In this document: in pieces, positions 38,050 to 52,100 of the stretch
Position numbering within the stretch: position 1 is the first letter of the stretch
Layout: the number at the start of each line of letters is the position of its first letter
Origin: Tubulanus polymorphus
Lineage: Eukaryota > Animalia > Nemertea
Direction of reading: 5' to 3'
DNA length: 64,000 nt
Assembly (NCBI RefSeq): GCF_964204645.1
Contig: NC_134028.1
Coordinates: 25,168,345 to 25,232,344, forward strand
Made by a program: the position numbers and the translations under genes
Notes under the pieces: generated by a model
Told to the model about the DNA's origin: nothing
Databases searched by the model: none
What the model saw: the letters and a program-made list of their open reading frames with translations, nothing else

Positions 38050-39939
38050 AGCGTCCAAACATCAACCCATCTTCCGTTGTAATTGTATTCTAATTTTATT
38101 ATGAATAAACAACTAGCGAGAAACACTCGCATCCATGCGTCAAAATCTTTTCTTCGCCAGGTCAGTGTTGTTAATTCAGTTAAGGATGACGGAATGGTTT
38201 GAACTGTGTGTCAGTCCACGGAGCGCTGTTCGCCGAATTAATCCGCTACACATTCACTTTTCAAACGATAATTGTAGATCATTTTCGGGCCGCGATTCGC
38301 CGCGATACAATTCATTATACATGGTCTAGCGATTATTACCGAGTGACTGGTTATCAATATAGTCTTCGCGCGCAACGAGCCCGGTTGCGACGGTGGAAGC
38401 CTCGCCAATAGTTTCTTTACCAATCATAGATTTCTTTGGCTAAGTGACAGATATGACGAATGAAATGCTACTCCGAGTTGACAAGCTCTCCGTTACCGAG
38501 AGAGATAATCCAATTCTTTATTAGGTTTTACTTATGGATGATGGCAAAGCGAGTCACTCTCGAAAACCACTCTAATGTACATATATATGCATATATAAAT
38601 ATGCACGAAGTGACGTATTAAAAGTCACGTTTCAAACGTCCGATGCGCCTGATTCGATTAGAAGTCTTCGCTTAGGGGAAATCATTTTTGAAAACGTCCG
38701 CAACATCGTCAGTTGAAAGAACAATTAGATTTTTTTTTCAAAATATCGATCGACAATTTAGACCGCTTTTATCGTTGATAATGGAAGGGGAACGAATTTT
38801 TCGCCATCCAGTTGAAACGAATTAGAATTTTTAATCTATTTCGAGAATCGATCGCCGATTTGAAAAGTGCTTTCATTAGCCGATAAGCGTGCTAATGCAG
38901 GTCCCTTCGAGGGTGACAAACGTAAAATACACACTTGCTACATAAAGATTTCGAACAAAAACCAAAATCGCCGTCAGCGGGTTTGGTAACTAGTTGTCAG
39001 CGGAGAGAAAACAAGAACCGATTTGGTAGAATAGTCACAATCAGTTGTCACGATCCTGACGATCCTGACGATGATCTCTCGGCTGTGATCGAAACGTCGT
39101 GTATTTTGATATATTTTTTGACTCAATAAATTATCGGTTTTTAATAATTTTAATCTGTAAATAATGGAACTGATTTGATTAGAAAAGTGCCTAGTTCCAC
39201 CTAGTGACGTCAGCGGGTTAACGACGAAATTTTTTACGAAAACTTTAGAAGCTGATAATGCGAATCGCCGATGACGTGAACAGCCCCTGGAATCACGATC
39301 AGTGAGAATTGCTTTCCCTCCCCTCCTTCCACTAGCAACCCATAATCTATTTATTTTCTCCTCATTTTGGTTGCGTTTCGTCGTTGTCAGTCAGTATTGT
39401 GGCCTGTTATCAGTAGTCGTCACACGACGCCAAACCGTGCTAGAATCTGTTACGGCGTTATTATAACCGACTGAGGGCTGATAGCCGGGTTTACGTATTG
39501 AAGCCCTACCGGTGACTGATCCCCCTTCGTTAGCACGACGGCTCTATATCGATCATGCTTCGATGAATGACAGATTCGGATCTCATCATTGCCAGCTGAT
39601 TAAGGCGATTTTGACACTTTTTCCGACGACTTGATGTCAGCGAGAGGAAGCATTAGGCGGCGGCATCGGCGAGAAAAACAGCTTTCATTTTGTGCTGCAC
39701 GACGATAGTTAAAAATCGGAAGAGACTAGCGTGAGGGGTGAAATAGCCTGGCACACTGTTCTCGCTGTGAGTCCAGTAAAACCGATAGCGTAGGGGAAGA
39801 GCTCTCACTTAGTGTCGAAAGAAAGATGTTTTTCTCAAAAACCTAATTTTTGTCGACAGAATATCGTCATTCGACTGTCATAGCGTCATTCCTCATCACA
39901 TTACGCTCTGGGTTTGCGAAATACGTTACAGCTAAATTA

Positions 39940-40072
39940 CCCAGCTGTGTAGTTTGTGACTTAAAAATGTGTTCTTGATTCTGAGACAGCAGTTAGTTTG
40001 TCAATTGGTTATAGAACTAAGATGGTCTTAGACTTGTCTTGAATTTAAGCCATGACTAAGCAACTTGCTCCC
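39940..40072. mobile_element. Degenerate family A MITE copy
   Basis: tatagaactaagatggtcttagacttgtcttgaatttaagccatgactaagcaac matches 8945-9000. Confidence 0.6.
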
Positions 40073-40090
40073 GTACTCACTAGGCGTATA

Positions 40091-40311
40091 TTTCGGATTT
40101 CGTAACCAGCCGACTAGTGGTCGGAGCTTATAATCGAATGCGCAATAGTGCGGTCTTACGTATTTCATATTGTTAGCTATCGTAGAACTAAGCCCGAACT
40201 ACGGCGACCGTGCTCAAACGCATGGTTCACTATTTCCGGACTATAGTTCCGACTAAATGAGATACGGTTTCACTTTGTTCGCAAATAGTTGACTATATGT
40301 GATAACCGAAG
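40091..40311. repeat. Dispersed repeat, family C copy
   Basis: Inverted match to 17651-17880. Confidence 0.65.
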
Positions 40312-43300
40312 TCCCCTAGCCGCTAGTTTGCTCAATTCAGGCCAACATCCTCGTCCCCTTTATCTTATCCTCGTGTCCCTCTATTTCTCCACTATTTTCT
40401 TGTCTCTGAGACTCTCATTTTACTACAGAATCTCTAAATTCCGAAATCTCAGAGCGAGTAAGTTCATTTAATTTCGTAAAGCATCGACCGTACACCACCT
40501 TATCTAAAACATAGGGACGACGCTCTACCGAAGCTTATGAGAGGTAAGCGCGTTCGAGGCGCTAGATTCTGACAGATATATTATGAACACGTCGGTCTTT
40601 CGGACATCAGAGCAATGAAGAATAATCAGCAAATCTACGGCTTTGCTAATCACTGCAACCAATGATTTCACTGTACCTAGTCACTGAAGCGGGATGATCT
40701 CCGATCTCGCTCATTATCAACAAATGTAAATAGGTTTCTCGGAAGTGGTACGAGCTTTTCTGACCCGATGCCGCACCGGAAATTACGTCAGTTCATCAGC
40801 GAGCATCAAGTACAGTATGGCGGGTTTTATCGGTGACAACCTTAGTAGATTCATTAGCGTATTAAGAGCTTCAACTTTTGACATCTCGCAAATATTAAAA
40901 AGTCATTAATTGATGTAGATCATCACGGTGTGTTTTCACCGGTGACAATCGGGTACCGGCACCGCTACTGTGGCAATCGAGCTTCCGCCAGTAGAAGTAA
41001 CTTACTTGGTCTTGTACTGGTTCCAATTCATTTAGATAATTCGATCAACAAAAACCCAAAAACTTTTAACTTAGGAAATAGTAAATCTTAGCTAAACCAA
41101 ACACCGAACTGAAAAGCTATTGTTAGGTCTTAAGTTCGCAATCAAGTTTAAAGTTGTGAAATGAACTTATTTTGACTACATCAAACCGACTTTTGTGTTT
41201 TTTCACTCTGGACCCGGCTACAAAGTTCGCGGTTAAGTCTGAGTATTAAGTGTTAAAGTTAGTTCATTTCAATCAATTATTCGACCCAAGATTCAAATTT
41301 CAATAATTACAGTAGGCCTACCTGCTCCCGAACAGTGAGGCTTAGCTCGCTCCTTGTTTCTTGTAAAACAATTTTGAAATTCTTTTTGACATTCTTACAA
41401 ACGTTTTCTAGCGAAATTTACTTCTGTTATAAATGAGTTATTATTTTGACTTGCCCTTCTTCAAACTAGAGTTTGACTATACTGGCGATGTTCGGCGCTT
41501 TTCGAGAGTCTTGGAATATTTCATAGCATTTTTCCTGAACTGTAACACGAAACAATTCGCTTCGAACTCCTGATGACAGCGCGTACAACAACATGTATAC
41601 CAACGGGTAATTATTTATAGACTGTGAATATTGCGCTGAACACCAAGTTAAAGGCTCATCAAATCACTTCTCTGAAAGTATCTATTATTGATAAATAGCC
41701 GACTAGTTTTTTTTCTTTCAATCATCTCGATATATTGTTGGCAGTCACGCGAGGTTGCAATGCGGCTGGCAATGACTTCAGGTGATGACTTCGAAACTGG
41801 GCTAATATTCACGGGCACGATACCTGAATACATACTGTCAACTTACACCCGTAGTAATTACCTGTTATAGGCTGAACGCGTGACAGGGTTTTACTCAAAC
41901 CAATGATGAGCCGGTTAATCAGAACCAATCCGTCTTCGCGGAAATGGATTGTATTTTCCAATTTATTTTCTGTCTTGTGTCTCTTTCTCTAGTCGGAAAT
42001 GTAATGCAAATGCTATTATAACTGGCCACCTTTTATATGCCGCTTCTTCGAGTGAATTGACAACTAAGCTACATTCGAAGGTTGTTCTTTTCATTAGGAA
42101 AGGAATTGAAATGTTCCTCTCTCGCAGAAACTGAATATTTCGTATTTTTAAAAAAGAACGGTATCGTCAGACAGTGCACGTCAGTTTTTGTCCGTTATCA
42201 TCAAGGCAATACGCACTGATTTGAAACTAATGGCTTTTGTTGATTACGTTATTACAATACTGATTGAAATAATATAGAACACCGGATCCATTTCTAGGCT
42301 GTGAGTAACGTTTTGACCAGAAACGGTCGGCTTATTGAAAAAAGATGTATAATTCAATTCAACGTGTCAAATTTTACCACCAGGACACCGTTGACGGCCA
42401 CCTCATTATCATCATAAAACGTTCGGAAGGTTTTTCGTGGGGGGGGGGGGGACTTTCTTAGCCCGGAATTCAAAGTTACAAAGGGTTCTTTTATTAGAGG
42501 TTCTTTGACTTGCCTCTGAGAGAGATTACTTATAAAGGGTACTCTGAAGAACGATCTTAACAGGGTTTGAGTGGATGATATGACATGAGAGTTGATTTAG
42601 AATCGAAATTATTGGTTTCCAATCTCCAAACTCTAAATTTAAGTTTTATCTGATAAAACTCGGAGATTCCAGGGAGGGATATAGTTGGGTAGTCGGGCTA
42701 AGCGAACGGGTGATATGACACACTGAGTGGCCTCACGTATGAAGAGATTATCAATTACCGTGTCCGATCAAGTATATTGAAACACATCAGTCAACCTCTG
42801 TTCGCCGTAGATTGAGATGCCAACATTTCTGAGTGTTTATCCAACCGATGAAGATTACCGAACATCGACTCGTTTGATCTGTGTTCGTGTCAGACACGCG
42901 GCAACCTGTGTTCAACACACGCTCGCATAAAAATCAAAATCATTTCACCATAACGATCTGTTGACCAAACGTGCGCCTGAATCGGGCTCGATCGTCAGAA
43001 AACTCGTCTTAAATCAAAACAGGGTTTTTCGATCTGGCAAAAACCGTTACGAAAATGTTTTATACGTCGTTAACTAATATCCGTTAATCAAGGGTAAATG
43101 ATTGAGTCGGTGTGGACTACGTCATCAATATTGACGTTTCAAAATAACAATGACAATCGTATTTATTGTTGTTTATGTTTTGTGTTCAGATTCTAATTCT
43201 CTATTTAATGAATTCGTTTATCTTTTTGATAATGAACTCTCGAGTTGATGTAGACGACGTCATCGATATTGGGGCTAGACTGGTTTCCGGCCAATTCGAC

Positions 43301-46300
43301 AATTGAATTCTCGAGCATCTGATACATGTTATTCCCGATATATTCTTTTCATCACTTGAACTCTGTTTTGAATGTAACCCGATGACACAGCGCGTCCTAC
43401 ATGTGTGGTGCTCGTGGCTTCATAATTCGTTGGAGGCTTATGGACCCAGTTCAACAGTTCTGTGTTGAACTACCGCAGTCATCAACAAATTGAAAATGAA
43501 TTGGATCATAGCATCTTACAAATTACGGGGATCTGCCATGGAAATCGTTCATTGTATTGGCAAAATGGCGTCGTCACCTGTAAAAAGCGCATGGCTACGC
43601 GACCTTTAAAGTCGGACCAAAAAGCCGATGGTCCTCGGAAGCCTTTTTTAAAGGAAAATAAGCAAATATCATAATTGCGGCATTCGGAGCAAATATACCA
43701 AAACACACACGAGCAAAGGTTACCCCGGACACAAGAACCGATTGTTAATTTCGGGAGAAGTTACATTAACTTAATAGCGAACTAATCCGTCAGATGCGAG
43801 AACGGAATGAAAAAAAGGGGGGAAACGTCCCCGCGAGAGGATGTTACTTATTAAATCGTTGCACCCCCGAGCATCGCTGAACAAAGATCAAGCGGCTATA
43901 GAAACAGTGACCATCTCCGAGGACCGATTCATCAGAGTTATTATAGTGCACGGTAATTGTGGCAATTAGTTGTGTATCAGATTAAGCCTCTTGGATTTAC
44001 TACAATTCGAGGTGTCTTGAGACTAGCCACCTGTCGGTCGTTATTGCACTAACTGTTCGTCGTTACTGCGCAATTACATTCACAGAGCCGCGACGTTAAT
44101 GGCTTCAGGTCCGACGGGATTCATAAATTGTCGACATAAAAAACGCGCGCGTCACATCCGTAATATCATATACGACTAAGGAAACCGCATGAATAAACTA
44201 CGATTACATGTACCATATATATTTTATATACATGTACCGCTGTCACAATCTGCCAATCTGTTCGGGAACTTGTGATTAAATTACGATTGCTCTTCTACTG
44301 CACAAACACGTTCGCAAAACGGTGGCAGATCCAAGCAAGGCCTACTTTAGAAAGTGTTGTGACATTTTGAGGGAATTATGATAGTTGAAAAGGCATATTT
44401 GCAGTCTTTGCATCGCGTTCGAAAATCTGTGAGGTTACGTAGATGCATTTCACGTAGATGCATTTCCAAGTAGAAACCGTTATCCTTCTGATCATTCAGT
44501 TTGCAAGTTCATAAACGTGATAAGGCAGTAAAGGAGTTCTCTCAGAAAACCCAACACATTTGAGGGTATTTTCCAATGCATACACCAACTCTGGATCCGT
44601 GCCTGCGTAAAAGTTCATATATTATGGTAAATGAATTTGGAGCAATGATCGCGAGTTGTCCGAGTTTCCATACGAGTTGTTATAATAATACATGCGAAAA
44701 AAGTGCCGCGTATGTCCGGTAAAGTAATTTGGGAGGCGACGTCGTTTTGAGTTTGCGTAAAGGGTATCGTGTGCTACTGAAGCCCGCAGCAATGTGACGG
44801 GTCAGTTGCGTTATATTGGTTTGTGATTGGAATAACATAGGTTAATCTGTCAATTCTGTTTGTCTAACTCTTCAGACATGGCGGCCGCTAATAATAGATG
44901 GTATCTCTACATACGCGGCATTGATTGCGCCTTGCGACGCGTTTCAGACTCTCATGACGATCTATTACAGATCAGGAGGTCTCTTCTCTGTAAATTTCCA
45001 TATTTGCCACTCTTATTTCCGTTCGTCGAGTTGTTGCTGTCTCGGTATCAGTACAGTCGGCGGATTTTAAAACGGCCATTTTGGATAAAGCGAACAATGG
45101 CCGATTTCGCGTTCGTGAGCCACTGTGGACGTTCAATGTAAAATGCATAGGTCATTAAAGAAATTATCTATCCATTACTGAACGATGATTCCAAGTTTAC
45201 TTGCATATTGCAAACTTTGTACGTATCTCTGAGTAACTTGCGAGTTTAGCATTCGACCGATCGCATCAGCGTTGACGTCACGCGAAATTCCCGGTGACGC
45301 GGGGGATAGTGTGGTGTCTCCCTAGTTCGCAGATCAGTGAAATCTTGGAAAAATTATCTTGTCAAGATATAATAAGCGCAAGTGAAATATAGGTGTTTAT
45401 GTTATCGATCGCGTGTACAATTAGCGTCCATTTCATCGCTAAACTGTAATTTACTTTCAGCGATTACGTAATTAGTACATCTGGCCATAAAGAATTGTGT
45501 TATTCAAGCTATCGTTGTCTGCGTCGGTTGTCTCCGGAAATCTGCCGCTATCGGACACGTCATATTACACCTTACACCGTCTAAAACCCGGTTTACTCGT
45601 ATTCAATGTCGCGCTACGCATCAAAAGCCAACGGCCGCGGCGTGTGAAACTGTTGACTGAAGTGCTAATCCCCGCTGTGGTGTACTAATAGGCCATTAGC
45701 GTAAAGTGACGTTTTAGACGCCTCTAGAGGGCGCTTTTCTCCATTTTTCTCCTAAACAAATGATGCTCGATCACCCGTTACCCCGGCGAATTCTACGATA
45801 GGCGGCAAATATTTTCATACCTGTTCAACCTCGTACGTTTCCCGTTCAGTTATCACATGCAGAGAATTCGAAAGCGCTCTATCTATTTACCTTCTCTCTG
45901 AATTCATCGTCGAAAACACTTCAATTTATTGTGACGACGGAAATCTAACTAAGAACGCTAATAATGTGTCTTCGATTTGTGCTCGCTTCCATTTTCTTTT
46001 CAACAAGTTGTGATCACCGAGAAAATTGTGCGCAATCGACGGCATCATAGACAGCTTTTCACGCTTTCGTTATTTAAGATATAGATTTATGTGCCGTATC
46101 TGCATTGCTTTGATGATACTTATCAGGGTTAACTTAATGATCTGGGTTCATTTTCTACCCGACATAGCTAAAGCGGCTAGACTTAACGGCAGTATTAATG
46201 AACTAAGATATACATTATGACGTTGGGTTAGATGTTTCTCTCTTCAGCTACCCTTACACCCCTGGTTCTGAGTCGTCTGGGGTTGACTCGATTGACTATG

Positions 46301-46313
46301 AACAAACTGGAGT

Positions 46314-46426
46314 TGGACCAGGTTCCATTGTTATTGGTTAAGTTTAGATCTAAAGTTAGAATCAGTTAGTTAACACTGTTTTAACTTTCAAATAACATTT
46401 CCGAACTGTCTAGAACTGGATCCTGG
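46314..46426. mobile_element. Degenerate family B MITE copy
   Basis: ggaccaggttcca...gaactggatcctgg termini. Confidence 0.4.
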
Positions 46427-47920
46427 CTCGAAGTCAACAACCTGTGTGTAAAACCTGTCCCAACATCGTTTCCTACGTGTTGAGCGTCTCGAGCTGCTAT
46501 CGAAGAAGATACATTACGAAATATCGAAGAGGCTCGTAGTGGGAGATTCAGAAAATGAGAGGGGGAGTGAGCAGGCATGTTAGCGCGTTATCTCAGTTTC
46601 CACAGGGAGCTCGTGATAAAACCAGCCATCAGTCATCTTACAAACATGACTTAGAAAACAATAAACTGCCCGTATTACATCCTTATTGCCATTAGCTTCA
46701 CTTCGGTAGATTAACCTTCTTACACCGACTAGAAAATCTACACTAAGTCACTCGCTGACCTTTTCCCTTATAATATGGTACTTCAAACGAACTTAGCGAG
46801 GTAAATAAATAAAAAAGTGCTCGATTTTTGCTTTTTGCAAGACAGGAAACATTGTCCGTATGAGTAGATGGAAATCCAGTTTAAAGTAAAGAAGGTGACC
46901 TTCGTAAGAATTACTAATTGTGAATTTATTTAAAACTAAACCATTTCCATGGTACATGGTGGGAAACTATTACATAATAAACATATTTACAAAACAACAC
47001 TTAAGTGATAGAAATAAAAAATAAATATAACAAAATATACGTTAACTCTTTACAACATATACTAATGGAGGGATCACATAAATTTAACCCTTTTTAAACC
47101 GACCATTAGTCACGCCCTCTAGCGGTACTGCTGCACTACTTTGCGTTCCGCATCGAGTGCTGTATTTGCTCAAAATGGCTACAATAATTGCCGTTTATAA
47201 ACGAAAATGATATAGAAGACCTAAAAATAGATTTCACACGGCTAAAAAAGCTTTTTTTCGATCAATTTTCTGTCATTCCTATGACCGCACTTTGTATTCG
47301 ATTGCTCATATAATACGGGCTCTCGTAAAATTGAAGCTAATTTCAGAGGATTTCGCGACGAAATCTCCTCCGAGCAAATTCTATTTACGCGCTAGTTTTT
47401 CAACACGATCCGGTTATAACGTAGTTTCCGGTAGTACACACAAACTGATGAGCCAGCTCGACGATTCGGTTTATATTAGGCGGCTATTTTAGGCGTTCGC
47501 CCGGGGACGATGAAAGAATATTTCGATTGATAAATGTATCAACAAAACTAGAGTGAGAGTGACAATACATTTATCTAGATTGTCAATCGACAATCAACGG
47601 ACCATCGACGATAATATTTTCTCGCAAATTACCAGTTTTCGTCGCTTTTCATCGGCAATTATCGGCTACTTTCGGTTGGTGTCGGAAACTCTCGGCATTA
47701 CGCGTCGTGTGAAGATATGGGGCGTACTCTTTTATGACCTCCGAAGTCTCCGTCCGAAATCTCCGGTTGGCTCCACACAAAATCCGAATCACACCACCTC
47801 GACAGAAAGGAGGTTTCGGAGACTCCAAAAAGTCACATGACCAATAAAAGAGTACGATTGTAGGCAAACGGATTCTCCGATCTGATAAAAGAGTTCGGAC
47901 CACTGCTACTTGATATCCTA

Positions 47921-47935
47921 CCACTAGATGGCGCA
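47921..47935 (+). promoter_or_regulatory. CTCF-like binding motif
   Basis: CCACTAGATGGCGCA matches the CTCF core consensus CCACYAGRKGGCRC. Confidence 0.45.
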
Positions 47936-48143
47936 TCTATCAGGGGCAGGTGGTCGATTTCGATACTCCCAACTTGAATCTGTAGCAATCCGCATCAGAC
48001 AGAAATTTAGACAGATGTCTCGATACTTTGGGTTCATACATAAACAGCATGACCGATGGATCCTCGCTTGCCATAAGTGGAATTCCTCTAACACTGAATC
48101 AGAAATAGCGGGGTATATGTTAGACTGTTGCCGGTCTCTACTT

Positions 48144-48298
48144 CGGCCAAATTCGGTTTTCGTATCTAGTCGACTAGTGGTCGGAACTAATAACCGAATG
48201 CGCTTGATTTTCGAACTATTTCCGGAATATAGTTCCGACTAACGGACATTCGGTTTCGTTTAGTTCGACTACAGTCGACTAACTCAGATAACCGAAGG
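48144..48298. repeat. Dispersed repeat, family C copy (internally deleted)
   Basis: Matches both ends of 40091-40311 but lacks the middle segment. Confidence 0.65.
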
Positions 48299-49095
48299 TG
48301 GCGTAGACTGCGAATGCAGGTGGCGCAGAATTGGTCAGGCGACCAGTCTAGGTATGTAAGACTTTTTACCGGTCTCTATCTCCATATTGAATGGGACAGG
48401 CAACCAGTCTAGGTATATATCATCAAACGATTGGAGTGAATCCCCACTTGCCATTAAAGTGGAATCCTCACGTGCCGCAGTCGATTATGGAGTCTTCCTC
48501 TAAAAGTTGTCTGAATTATTTCATTTCTTTGTATATGCGTGGTTGCTACCACATTACGACGCCATCACTGGCCACGGGTTATGGTTTTAGCAGTTCCTGT
48601 ATACAGATTCTATTCGGCGCTAAAACATCGCACCACAGGGCATTTTCTATCAGTTTTAACACCGTCTCCCAAAGGGTCTCATTATAGAGCTTTCCGGAGT
48701 TACATCGGGTTCTATTACCTGCCGCGTCTCGGACAGGATACACATAAAACTAGTCAGGAAATTATCTTCTCCCAACAAAAACCTAACGAGCAGGAAGAGC
48801 AGCCTCGCTAACAGTCGTTGTGTAATGATCTTCCAAAAAAAAGAAAAGTTTTTTTCCCCGCTCGCTTTCCGTTTCGACGAGGTATGCCTTTTACTTCCAT
48901 TAAACAAATGAAGTGACTTTGATGAAATTGATAAAGGCGAATTTAGACTTGAATTTATTGAACTAGCCTCATCGCTGTGGGTTATTTTTTCACCTTTACG
49001 TTGACATTCGTTTTCAAACGACTTGAAACTTTTTGACTTTCAAATTTTCGACTCCAATCAAACATAAGAACTAGAAAATGATATAAGGATTTTTA

Positions 49096-49140
49096 TCCGA
49101 GTCCGAGTCCGAGTCCGAATCCGAGTCCGAGTCCGAGTCC
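49096..49140 (+). repeat. (TCCGAG)~7 microsatellite
   Basis: Read directly from the sequence. Confidence 0.9.
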
Positions 49141-52100
49141 TACATATTGTAATCTTGATAAATCTGGCTATATGCCAAGGCCTCAGACATTGACCGACAT
49201 TATAAGCGTATATCCGACTTAACCTTATCGCACCGTTCCTTATAGACCAGATCGGATTTGCACGTATCATATTCACAATAGCCCCGTGTACTAGCGGTCC
49301 CAATATCCGCATCCAATTAGATGATGGGAACAGACGGAAAAGATGCAGCGGCTTACAATTTACAGATGGGAGAAAATATGTCGTATCATCTTGATCGTTC
49401 AGATATCACACGTGAATGACGAATTTTTGGTCGGTATTTGTAATTTGACGAAATATCAGTCGCGCATTGTGTTATCAGGTTTAACGATCAGTTTCATTAT
49501 ATAAAAAACAACAAGATCAGTCGCGTTACGTTTTTTACTCATCGTAACTAATTTTTATGATTTTCAACGAAACGAAAATGAAATGAAAACGTGTTACGTG
49601 TGATAATTAAAAGTAGAATATACACGCGAAAATCCAACGTTCTGATAAACCATGTCTTCACGCGCGTGGGTGCTGTTTCGCAGAAGAACTTCCGGTTAGA
49701 AAATTTGAAAATAGTATAGTTTATTGATTTTTGATAAATATACATAAATTAGTGCGCCCTATATGGTTATGAAAATGAACTAATTTCATATCGTACTCAC
49801 AGCAATGCAGAGTCCTGGAGGTTCGTTTCACAGAACTACGTTACGAGCAATCATTTCATCTAAAAGATGATTGCTCGTTTAGCGCAGGGCGACGTTATAT
49901 TCGATTTAATTCTATTAACAAGTGTATAGTGTTAACGCGTGAATCAACCCTTCACTCGTTATTTCGGCGAAAAGCCATCGGTATCGGGTTACCTGGTGCT
50001 TGGTGAAATTCTAACGTTTGAAATGAACTGAACAGGTTTGACTCTAACCGACAGCGATGGAAGTGGATCCTGATGAATGAATTAACACTGAATACAGAAC
50101 TGCAGCCATATTCGTAAACTCTCACCGAGCCTAGCTTCTTGCTGAGTTCCTTACGTGTACTACAAGTAACCAGCTTTTCATCACGGCTGCTTATTCCTGG
50201 TCTATAGAACTGACCCTTGGGTGACACTGGCTTTTATTATCATACGTACAAGTTTATCTCTTTACTAAAAAGTACAATACAAAAATACAGTCATCATCCT
50301 AACATGATCAGAAAAAGTTATTTCTTATACTTAAACCACTATACGAACGTCAAAAGTAATGAAATGTTTAAGTTTCGGGAGATATTCAGATACCAGTGGA
50401 ACATTAGCAAAAATGCAACTAACGGATGTATTTTAAGATGTCCATTTTGAATAGATTTCAGTTACGACGTTTTGATCGATTTCGACTTGTCTCTTTAAAG
50501 TCTTTTTCGAGAAGAATAAACAAAACGAACGTTTTTGTTCATTAGATCTATTGAAAACAAAATCTATTCGAAGTTTTTGATACTTGCATTTTTGCAATTT
50601 TAACAACATATAATGACCATTTAGATATAGCCTTTATGGGGCAATATTTTTTGGGGGTTAGATATGGCAGATTTCAGGTAGATAAGACTGCATAAGTCCC
50701 ACACTCAGAGATCCACGGTTTATTCGTTGAAACAAAGATCGAAAACATTATATGAAATTCCACACTAACAGTCAATGAAAAATGAAGTCCGAAAAGGTTT
50801 CCTTTAGCTTATAATTTGTTAAGCTCGTCGACTATATTCTAAAAGTCACTTTCAAGAATACTGCGTTCACAAAAGTTATGGGATACTAAAATGCCATAAA
50901 ATTATGATAGACGTGAATGTCAGATGTGTGTTGAAATTCGATACGGTTTATCGAAGCCCGTATGTTTGTGTGTGTGTGTGTTTGCTCGGATGGTCGCCGC
51001 CGACTGGTTTCTCGGCCGTGCGTCGTGTCTATGTTATGCAATCATGATTAAAATCTTCAATCAAATTAATATTTCGTTGTAGCGAACGCCAGCGCGCGCC
51101 CGCGGTCAAACTATAGCGCTTTATTAAAGTAGATTCCAGCTTTAAAAAAAAAAATCTATTCTAAAACATACCGCGCGTTTCGTTATTTTTCAGACGTTAC
51201 TCGGGAAAGGGGTCCGGTGCGAACGGGGCGCGTCTGGAATTTAATCTAGAAATCGCTCGGATCCGATCTCGATAAACAAGATCTGAGTGAGGGAAAGTGT
51301 TCGTTCGCTTCGACTACGGGAAATAAACCGTTGTGGTTTGTTTGAGGCGTCTTTGTTATATTTACTCTCGGCTGTTGTGTCGATGTATTTATTCGACACA
51401 GCTATCGATATCGATGTACGCGCCGAAACCAGCACTTAGCTAAGATAATACTAAACTTCCGCGCCCTGTTTCAATATGACGACTGCACTCACGACTGTGC
51501 CAATGACGCCGCTCCTAATGCAAGCACAGTAGCCCGCAGTTACTTATAGTGATCATCAACCCAGAAAAAAAACAATCCCATCTCTCCCCGTGAGATATTG
51601 TTTCTTGTCATCTAGGGGAAAAAACATTCCAGTTTCGGTAAAGCGTATAAGAATACCTAGTCTAACACACGTGGAGAACAGGGATTTTTGACACACGCGC
51701 TAGGCTGGCGACCAAAGCAGTTGTTGAATTGAAGTTTTAACACTGCAATGCAATAATCGTAAAAAAATCGAAAAGTAATGGTTAAACGTTTAGAAACGTT
51801 GAAGGTTTATGTAGACGACAACTTCTTTGCCGTGTGAGTTTGGAGTGCAATATATATAACACAATATGATAATCCTTATTCGCATACAACGAATGAATTA
51901 GCGCGCTCTTTGCTTGTTCTGGGTCATCGTTAGATTTGTTTTCTTACGATCTAAGAAAGTGGTCACAATCGAAACCAAGGCCTCATAAAAAAGGCGAAAT
52001 CAAATGCTTCTTATATTGAGCTATGATTTTTACCAGATACATCGAACTAAATAAAGGAACCCACTTTTCATAGTAATTAATGCTGGCTCTTGACGCGTGT

